A DNA stretch of 64,000 nucleotides from the human T2T-CHM13v2.0 reference genome, Homo sapiens, in assembly GCF_009914755.1 (NCBI RefSeq), contig NC_060947.1. The stretch is one strand, 5' to 3'. Both the position numbers and the translations under genes were made by a program. Positions 50,346 to 64,000 of the stretch are shown one piece after another (position 1 is the first letter of the stretch; each line of letters begins with the position of its first letter). The notes under the pieces are model-generated. The model saw only the letters and a program-made list of their open reading frames with translations, was not told the DNA's origin and ran no database searches.

Positions 50346-51699
50346 TATTATCATTTCCTTTCTTAAATATTTCCCTTCTTAAATATTTCCTTTAAACAGC
50401 AAAAACCTGGGGACATAAGAGTAATCTGGCCCTAGTGGAACAAGCACACAATAATCAGCTAAAAGAATAAATAAATTCATAAATTTCCTTCCCCAGTTTG
50501 GACTCTAGGGTTAGTTATTTCACTGGCTCTCCTGAAAACCTTCAATTTGCCTATTATGCCCAATTCTGTCAACCTCCAACCCATAGTAGTCATTTGCTTT
50601 CACCATTCCTAAGTTTGTACTGAAGGCTGCTAAAAAAATTACATGAATGTTGTTGGTTACCATTATAAACGTATTTGTGATCCAGGGTATTTCTGTTTGC
50701 AATTCATTGGATATGTCACCATGAAAAATGCCAGGTAAATATAAGATGAAAAGGCATGGGATTTGATATTGATGGTGAATTCTTATATCAGCAATTAGAG
50801 TGCAGGGCTCTTTCCCCTTTGGATCTAGAAGTGGGCAGGAGAAGAGTATAGAGATGATTCCAGGCAGGATGGGACAAAATGGTAATAGCACATTAAAGGA
50901 ACTGAGAATAATTCTTACTCCTGGAGAAATCTTTCACAAGGTGGAGAACTGTTGTGTGTCTGTAGAAGAATCTGGGGAATCCAATATTCAAAAATCACAG
51001 ATGAGGAACTGAAGAACTCAAGAGCTAAATATCTAGAAGTAGGGACTAAGCCAACTCTAGTTTTTTAAGCTGTTGCCAATGCTGAAAGTCATTGAAGGAT
51101 TGTGAATAAAATTTCCTAGTTAGAAATCATAATTGTTAACTTCTGAAAAGAAAGGTTTCTGTACATGTGCCAAATGTTTCCATTCATGTGAACATATAAA
51201 TTTGAATGTTGTTCTGTGGATCACCTGTTGAAAGCTCAAACTAAGGTGTCTGGACTGTCAGTATTATGCTCGTTTGGTTGCCTTACCAGAAATCCTTGAG
51301 TGTAATAATTACCTAAGGAAATTTTTCATGCTGTCTGCAGTGATTTATCACAAGGAATTGTTTGGTGGTTTTACCACTTAGAAATCTATAAAGGAAATGA
51401 AGACTGTTCACTTTCTGCAGAAAACCTAACCCATGTACTTAATGCTTACTCTATTGTATTTATTTTATGTACATTATACACTCTTCTAAAACCTTGAACA
51501 TAGGGGTTTCAAGATGAATTAGTGGCAGTACCCACTGAACACAGTTAACGTTCCGATGTATGCTATGTGGAATATTCCAGTGAAAGAAAAATATTTTTAA
51601 AGGTAATAGCAGGACCTTCATGTTAAGATGAAGTAAAAGAAGACATTAATTTCCAACAGTAGAAGACTCAAGTCTGCTTGAGTGTCGCTTCTAGTTTTC

Positions 51700-52900
51700 C
51701 TTCTACATCTTTGATGATCCTTTCCCAGTTTTCCGTCTTTTATACTGATTTCTTTCCATCCCCTTAAAATTACACCTCCCCAGCCCCTATCCAGATCTCT
51801 GCTCCTTTTTTCCCTACATACTCTCCCTTGTTTATTATATCTATGCCCATGACTCCAACTACCACTTAATTACTAATGATTTTGAATTTTATCTACAACA
51901 TTGACTGCTCTATAAAATTCCAGATGTGTATTCCCAACTATTTCCTTCAAGTACTTAAAATTTGATGTCTAAAATTAACTTATCCTCTCACATTCACTTC
52001 AGGACTTGCTTTTTCCACTATAATTCCCATCTCAATAACTTTCATTACTATTCACCTAATAATGTAAATTGGAAAACTTGAGTTATCCCTATTTTTCTTC
52101 CTCATGACCCATTACTTTTTTTGTTTGTTTTTGGAGACAGAGTCTTGCTCTATCGCCCAGGCTGGAGTGCAGTGGCATGATCTCGACTCTTTGCAACCTC
52201 TGCCTCCCAGGTTCAAGTAATTCTCATGCCTCAGCCTCCTGAGTAGCTGGGATTACAGGCATCTGCCACCACACCCAGCTAATTTTTGTATTTTTAGTAG
52301 AGATGGGGTTTTGCAATGTTGCCGAGGGTGGTCTTGAACTCCTGAGCTCAGGCAATCCACCTGCTTTGGCCTCCCAAAATGTTAGGATTACAGGTGTGAG
52401 CCACTGCGCCAGCCCCATTAATTTCCATGTCATAAAGTCCTACTGATTGTCCTCTCTAGAGATCTCACAGATACACCTGCCAACCCCCCCATCACTCCCC
52501 CACCACATCTTCACTGTGACCATCTCATTAGGGCCTCATTATTTTTCACATGGACTATGGTATCAGCTTTCAAACTGGTCTTCCCACTATGAGCAATTCT
52601 TCATTCATGCCTCCTCCCAATACCACCAGGGTTCTTGCTTGAAAATAGAGACATCAAAATGTCTGTCAGTCTTTCAATTAAAACTTTCCCAAAGGTTCCC
52701 CATTGCTTATGGAGTAAAGTCTAGATAATTTAGAACTATATCCTAGTTTGTCCCCAAATCTGATATTAACTTTTCTTAATCTCATCTCCTTATATTACTC
52801 CCTACCTAACTACCAATGGTCACGTCAAAACCATCCCTATCACACTCTAACTTAGCCTACTTCCTTAATTTCTTCTTTTCTTTGCACACCCTCTTCTTTC
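51700..52900. mobile_element. Decayed L2, interrupted by an Alu
   Basis: Pyrimidine-rich L2-like 'ctaccacttaattactaatgat...aaacttgagttatcc...gttccccattgcttatggagtaaagtc'. Confidence 0.6.
52116..52414 (-). mobile_element. AluS
   Basis: Reverse Alu; short TSD ccatta at 52109-52114 and 52415-52420. Confidence 0.95.
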
Positions 52901-52929
52901 TGCCTTGGCCAAACCATAAATACCTACAT

Positions 52930-53415
52930 ATTTCTATCAGTCGAGGTCCTCAAGTCCAAACTATACTCATTCTAGCAAAAGGACATTTATTATAGGATAC
53001 TGGTAGTTCACAAAACATATTGAGCGGTATGAAGAAGCTTACAAAGTTCCCAGAAGAGTCAGGGACTTTTGTGTACTCAGATGCCAAGAACAATACCCAA
53101 ATACCCTAGCCTCCTCTTTCTGACTCAACATCACAGATTTCCCCACCCCTGCATTGCTCACACTAAAGCTCTACTTCTGTCTCCAAAAGGCAAACCCACA
53201 CACCTACCACTTCCATTGCTCACCTATATATCAATGTCTCCTGTTTACCCCTCTGACTGCTGGAATCTAGGTAATAGGCAAGTGTTTAGCTCCAAGTGAG
53301 TCTGGTGAAGAAAGGTTTTTGCCTTCTATATTGGGGATGCAAGAAGTTTCCCAACCATTACAAGAGTGTTTAAACGGTCTAGGCAGCTAGAGAATCTGGC
53401 AACTACCCACAACAT
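52930..53415. mobile_element. Old MaLR LTR (MLT1J-L-like)
   Basis: 'atttattataggatactggtagttcaca...ctagg...agctccaagtgagtctgg' resembles old MLT1 LTRs. Confidence 0.45.
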
Positions 53416-56269
53416 CCTTCCTCTTTGATGGCCAGATTTATATTTCCCTTCCAAAACTAATCACCAGATTCCTTCAGGCAATTGGCTCTCAATCTCATGA
53501 GGCATACCCCTGCCATGGCCCTCAGCATGCTGTACTGGAATTATGCATTTGCATTTCCCTCACTTATAAATTCCAAAAAAATCCTTGAGCATCATGGGTA
53601 TGCCTGATCTTTCTTTACATTATTCTCTTCTCCTTATTTAACATATAGCCAATGTCTGGCAGATGGCAAGCACTTAATAAATTTTCTTTTTGGAAAAAGT
53701 GAGTAAAAATTGGAGTCATAATTCAAATGTTCTTTATCTGCAAATATTTTAGTGATATACCTTTAGCTGAATTCTTTTACTTAATATTCCCAATTCAAGG
53801 GAAGATTTTCAACTCTGCTGCAATAATATAGCATTTTAATACACAAAGTGTTTAACCAATACTAAAACCCTTTTAAATAGTATGTGGTTTTCTAATATGC
53901 CCTAGCAAAGCTGGAACTCTAGCATGAGTGTTCCCAAAGCTTAACAAAACACAAGCAATTTGAATTCAGGATTCCATGATGTCATTAACAAAGATGTGAC
54001 TTTGAAACGGAAACAGAATAGTGGGGAAGATTTCTGAGAGGAGACTTCAACTGTAAAAGTCATTTTAAATGAATTCTATTTGTTTCGTTAATAATCATGG
54101 GATTTGCATTGATGTTACATTGCCTTTACTTTAAAGCAGTCTCCATGGATCTGCTGACAGCTTCATGAGCTGATTGTGACAACAGTCTATGTCCAATGAA
54201 AAGAAATGGGCAAGTAGGGAGTACGTATTTTTATAAGTGAACATAAAGAGAACAATGAATATGCAAGTTCCCTTTCTACCTTTGAAATATATATGCTTAG
54301 CTTTTTGAAAGAAAATTTGGTCATTCAGAGCCAATTCAAGGTATTTAACGTCCATCTTTGATAGCCATTTAGTCTAAATTGTGAATCCATTAGTTCTGTG
54401 AGAAAAACAATTCACATAGAGCCTGAATGGTCCCTCCCTGCCCCTGTTCCCTAAGTTGTGGCCCTAATTCCATGGCTCTACAGTCTTGTAGAGTAGACAA
54501 TGTATGTGAGGGATGAGGGGTGGTGTAGGGGAGACATAACACAACAAATACCAAATATATTAGAAAACACTTGCTTGAAAAATGTGCATCTCAGATCCAC
54601 CTTGATCATTGAGAATAAAGGAAAAAACAAAGTCAATTTTTATATTCAAACCCACTCTTCTCCCCACATTTTTAAAGATGAAAACAAAAGAAAATGAGAA
54701 ACTCAACACTGAGCCAAGATCATTCATTCTCTCTCAAGTAACAAAACTTCTTTAATATGAAAGGAAAACCATACTAACTTCCCTATCCTAAAGGCACTTA
54801 CTGTATTCATGAGCTTTTCATTAAAGAGAAGAAAGAATCTAGTTCAAATTCCTACAATATTTATCATCACAGGCACTATACAGGGCTAGTTTAAACGTAC
54901 TGAGAGCATTTCAGTTACAATATAGATAATCCGCTTTCCAATTATAACAGCTCAGTTTAATTTCATGGTAGACTTGGCGAGTGAGGAAGGATAGACAGGC
55001 ATTCATCCATAGTCTTGATACAGTTCTTGGCTTAATTTCACCAATATACAGGGTGAGCTATGAGGAACCATTAATTAATGTCCAAAAGACCATGTGGAAG
55101 ATGGATGTTTATTCAATGAAATGACTATTTTCTCAGCCTGTTTCCACACTGTGTGAATAAGGATTTTCCATCAAATGAAGAAAAGAGAACTTTTCAGAAA
55201 TGTCTGTGCTTCTAAACATTAGGCTGAAATTCAGACAGTTCTCCTAATAAATTCTGACAGTGTTTATACATGTTTTTAATCTAATCATTTATGTATTCTT
55301 TTTTCTTCTAAAATAATTAATCTGTTAATGCTTGTAGCTTTGGCAAATAGCAGAATTGTGTTTTTACAGCTATGGTTGCCCCAGCCTATACATAGTTGTC
55401 ACTTCTGTTTTCCTACAATACTTCAGCACTAGATTTCTCTTCCTCACCCTTTCATCTGCATCCTTCCTTGCTCTATTTTTCTTCCTTTTTCTCTTTCCCT
55501 CTCTTCTGTTCTTCTACCTTTCTCCATTAGCTATTATCATAATATAGAACTGAGATGTTTTTATTTATGAAATATCTTGCACCTTAAATAAAGTGGAAAC
55601 CATGATAATACTAACTACGTTGGGTTCTTGTGAGGATTAAATAATATACATAAAATGCTTAGAACAATGCCAAGGAGAGATGAAAAGCTATGTAAGGATA
55701 AGTTAGCAAGAATTATCTTGATTTTTGGTAGTTATTGAATAACATTTTATAATCCTTGTTATTAATTTAGAAGAGAATGTGTAAACAATGGTTTTTCATC
55801 TATTGAGGACAGCAACAAAAGCTCTACCCTACACCCCAGAAAACTGCCTATATACACAACATTTTGCACATTACATCAGAGCTCTCATCGATATCTTTCA
55901 TCCCTCTATTGACTCCTTAGTTGCCCATAAACCTTACTTAAGAAACTCTGCTCGATAGAGAAAAAGTTTTCCTACCCTGACTAGTACCAGATTACACAAA
56001 TGAAAAACAAGCTATGTGCTTAGAACACTACCAAGCGGGTGGGAGAGAGGGTAGAGGAGGGAGAGAGAGGGCTCTTTGAAAAAAATTGGTTATTGATACT
56101 TCTATAAATAAATAAAATATTTACCATGGGGAAAAAAGTAAGACAATGTGGCATGTTTTTGTACTTCTTTTAGGGTTTGGCATTATTTTATTTTGCATTA
56201 CATTGGAGGAGTTCATTTTTTTAGGTGTCAGAGCCATGATCCATCCATACCCTGCCTGAAGACTGAAAA

Positions 56270-56480
56270 TGGTGTGGTCAAGTGGAAACAGCAGAGATTC
56301 TGCAAGCAAGAGAACTGGAGTTTGTGTTTGGATTCTCTTTTTCCACTTCCTTGCTTTGGACAAGGCACTACATCTCTCAGAACCCTTGCTTCCTTGGCTC
56401 TCTGAGGGTAAGATCACCTACCTCTTATGCTTATTGGGGAGAATACAAGATCGGTGTGGTAAGGTGCTTAATAGTTACAG
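56270..56480 (+). mobile_element. MIR-like
   Basis: 'ggtgtggtcaagtggaaacagcagag...ctttggacaaggcactacatctctcagaacc'. Confidence 0.55.
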
Positions 56481-58535
56481 GTTCCCTTGACTTTGTTTTT
56501 TTAACAGTAAAATTGTGCTGAATAAATAGATCATGGTGAAGCGTGTTGCTCACATTATTTTAATGGCAATTTTAGAGACTGTCACTCCATGATTTCTGTG
56601 CATTATTGATCATGAGTGACAGGTTTTGTATTTTTTTAACTGCAAAATTTGAAATTAGAAATATTATCATAGCATACTGTTGCTACTCTGAGAATTGAGA
56701 CATCCTTAAACAACAGAAGGAAATTGTCCATGTGACTATTTTCTTTTATTTTATAGGGGAAGATATGGAGAAAAAAAAAGGCTGAGAATAGGACAAGAAT
56801 GAAAAGGCAAAACTGCAATTTCACATAAATTCCTTCTGCTTATGCCATTTGCAGTAATTAATGTACTGTAAATAGGACAATTTTTTGTATTTTATAAATA
56901 AATTTTCACTGTGAGGAAAAAGTGCCATTTCCTTTACTTCCCATCCACATATTGTGCCGAAAGTGCACTTTTTATTATTATTATTCTGTACTTTTAAATA
57001 TTTCTACACAATTTATCAAATATCCACCCAGAAACCCTAAATATTGAGGTGGATATCTCTGAAAACAATTGTCAGAATTCCTTTCCTTTTGAACACCCAT
57101 CCCACCAGGCATGAGGATTAAAGGCAGATATTTGGGTATCATGTGATTCTCCTTTGGGAGATAATGACACACATGCAGAGGCTGAACAATGTAAATAGGC
57201 TAACATCTTGGAAAATCATCCCAAAAAATTTGTGTATAAGGATTTAAAGATTTCTTCTCTTTCTTTTTTCCTTTCTAACCTTGATGATTACTGTACTTAT
57301 CTTTTCTTATTTCCCCACTCTCCCTTTGACAAAACCAAAGATGATACTTGGTTTTCTAATTTCCCTATCTGAAGCATTCTATATGAGATATACAAGTTTC
57401 GTTCTCCTTTTCTTCTTGTGGTGGGAAGAAAGCTCACACTTTTCATTTGAGACACTGAATCTAATGAACAATAACATTTATATGAAATGCCACCTATTCC
57501 ATCAATAAGCATTATTGAAGATCTATTATATGCACCAACATTAGGCACTAGGGGCACAAATATATGTTAGATATAATTAGTGTCCTTTACACATGAACTG
57601 TCTAAGACGAGAGACAAATGTTTAAGTAAGTTTTATAACAGGAATACACTCTTTAATACAGGCATGCACTCAGGAGTTTGCTGACACAGAGAATGACATG
57701 ATGAATTCTGCTTAAAAGAAAGGGGTATGAGAGATACGATCTCAGGAAGCTAAGATGTGGAAAAGAATCTTAAAAGGTGAGGGAAGACTAGATCATTGGA
57801 AACACCCCTCCAATGAGGGACAAACTGGACAAGCTGTTTAAAACAACTTGTTGAGAAAAGCTGGAAAAGTTGTTTAAAACAGCTGCTTTAAGGCATTGAA
57901 CTGCTAACAAGGGATTAAACAACTTTAACTTCAAGGAACTGGGAGCAGACAGAACTGCAGAGAGGTAAGCCTGCCATTTGGGTATTCCTTCTCCTTTAAG
58001 ACATTTGTCAAGCCCAAATGAGGGAACGAAGAAGCTGAGAAGTTGAGCAAAATGTCTGACAGTTTCCTAAGTCTAGGAGAACAAAATTGGGAGTCCAGGA
58101 TCACCAAAGAAAGTGAGAGCCTACTCACCATGCAAGGCTGTGGAGTGGGACCTTGAGGAGTTGCAGAGGAAGAGTCAAGGTAAGTTGGAAAAACATTATT
58201 CCTCCCAGGGACTCCAATCCAAGTGCCAGGCACATGGTGATATGCAATAAATGATTGTTGAACAATTGATTAAATGATCACATCTGTGAATCAAGGGAGT
58301 GATGGCCCCTCTTCTGCCAGCTGCCCCATCAGAGAGCACACAATAGCTGGATGGCCAAGTGGCAGAAGGCAAGTTGGCACCAAGTGCCAAAAGAATGTGA
58401 ATCCACAGAGTCAGGGTTCTGAGGTAGGAGGAATTAGGCAACAAGAGAAAGAGGGTGGAAGGGACATACAGCTAAGACCGGGATATACAGCTAAGACCAT
58501 CATCTCTAGCCAACTCTGTTCCACTTGGAAAACAG

Positions 58536-58640
58536 GAGAGAGAGTGGGGAGAGAGAGAGAGAAAAGAGTGTGTGTGGAAAGAGAGAGAGAGATGGGGAGA
58601 GGGAGGGAGAGATGGGGAGAGGACAGGAAGAGTGGGGGGA
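58536..58640. repeat. GA-rich low-complexity tract
   Basis: Direct reading; it accounts for the spurious ORFs at 58274-58705. Confidence 0.85.
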
Positions 58641-60455
58641 TGGTGGTAGACCACAACTTAGTTAAGAAACAGGGCAAACTTCATTATATTACATATCAAT
58701 CATAGTTTTCTACACTTGTACAGAAAATTTACTCCTGAAATCCACTACAATATTAACTATTAATATCAATTTCAATTTGCACCACACTGGAACTAGTTTC
58801 ATTTTAACTATGGTCTGTGGGGATCTCGATCTCTCTTGATTTCTAATCCTACTCTAGATCCCCATTATTTAAGGGCTTGAATCTCCAAATTAAACTGTTT
58901 TCTTACCTGATTGAAATTGTTTTCCTTCCTTGTTAAAACTTATCCACATTCTAAAAACTTAAGGTTTCATGTTAACCACTCAGAAGTGAGAGTTGTTCAA
59001 ATCTGTGCATGATTTTCTGAAAAATTAGAGTTGTGAGTGAACAAAGGCCAAGTTTTCATTTTGTAGCTGAATGATAAATGAGGTGAAACTAGGATAGCTT
59101 TTATAAAAAATGCAAAATAAAGATTTGTCTTTCTCTTCCTCTCATGCTTAGAAGAATAAGCTGAGTGCCCTAAAAAGCATATTTATTCAAACAGCAAATC
59201 TGGTCTTATTGAACTGTTCTCTGTGGGTGCCACATGTTTACAAATATCCTTATCCTAAATTTCTTTCTTTTCTCTCAAGCTAATATCCTGTATGGTGTGC
59301 ATTAATGCAAAATTGTTTAAAGGGTGAAAAATCAAAAGTCAGGAAATGCCCAGTTAAGGATCTTAAGAACAGTGAGAACTTGGCCACACTGCATACCCTG
59401 GGCAAATTATGACACAGTTTTTACCACATGAACAGAACTGTATTGAAGGTATAAATTTAACAAGGAAAAGAGGAATAGAAAAATTACATTCAGGCCACAA
59501 CACCCACGTAATTAGGGTGTAGAAGTTTTGGAATTTCCTGACAACTTTTCTAAAGTTTGGTCTTTGCACAGAAATATTGTGGTAACATAGTTTTTTCATT
59601 TAATTTCCACGAGTTTACAAGAGAAGAAAGCATTCTAGAGAAATCCTCAATTTAGCAGTTCCTAAGCTCAATGTTCTTAATTCATGTATCTTTATAGAAC
59701 TGCAATGGAACAAAACCAATCAAAGCAAAAGATTAATATGTCTTTATAGGCTTTCATTCTTTACATTGTATTGAGATTTTTTCCTGAGCTATGATGAACA
59801 TACTGCTAAAGTGAAGTTTTAAGTTTGTCATTTGGAAATGTGAAAGCATAGGCATTTGTGCTTTAAAAAAATTTTTTTGAGCAAAAAATAAATGGTTAAA
59901 GGCGAGTGAAGAAGAATCTGAACTGAGGAACCCTCATTCATTCTCATTTTCTTTCCCAGCCAAAGTCTTAATGGTTGAAGAATTAAGTTTACACAAGGAT
60001 AACTCTTTAGTACGCTTTCTCGCTCTATATGTGCAAATAATAATCACATGTAGTAATGTGGTTTCCTAGATAAGGTCAGATGAATTCATTTGTATCTTCT
60101 GAGAATTAAAAGTCAGTGGCTATTTAAACACAATTTTCCTACCAACTTTCCAAAGAACTTGTAGATTTCCAACAAAATTATTTGTGAAATTCTGAGTGTG
60201 AAAAATAATGTATTTTTAATTTTATGTAGGTGTATGGATGCAACTACTCCATCATTAAAACATTTTCTGAATTGCAGATTCAAATGTATAAAAAAGATTA
60301 TGCAGATTACTACGTTTAATCTAGTTTCATAAAAAGGGTAGAAATTAATTAATTAGGCATTTATTTCTTAAGCAGGGTGAGAAAATTCCATATACAGAAT
60401 TGTAAAACTTATTACAATTATTATTATTTTTATTACATTTTTAACTTAAAGTTTG

Positions 60456-64000
<3,545 letters not shown>

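Noticed and set aside
50520-50891. 123-aa minus-strand ORF in unique sequence
   Set aside because: No recognisable domain or exon structure; the length is within chance expectation.
58274-58705. 143-aa ORF with an ER-rich stretch
   Set aside because: Produced by the GA-rich low-complexity tract.

Overview
Repeat-dense primate genomic DNA, most likely a hominid: it carries Alu J/S, MER11, MSTA and L1PA2-type L1 3' UTRs. No host protein-coding exon, RNA gene or CpG-island promoter is recognisable, so the window is intronic or intergenic. Every convincing long ORF is a remnant of L1 ORF2. The most unusual signal is in four young L1PA copies: A 9041-11416 (-), B 17907-19214 (-), C 41598-44883 (+) and D 60456-64000 (-). 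Their 3' UTRs belong to different subfamilies, yet they share rare non-CpG variants pairwise in a pattern no single tree explains (A+B, A+C, A+D, C+D). This includes an identical premature ORF2 stop in C and D and a run of almost all T>G changes shared by A and B, suggesting local non-allelic gene conversion between neighbouring L1s. Other points of note are twin-primed and nested L1 insertions, template-switch hairpins, recent tandem duplications and a MER11 solo LTR. Subfamily names come from my recollection of consensus sequences, not from a RepeatMasker run.
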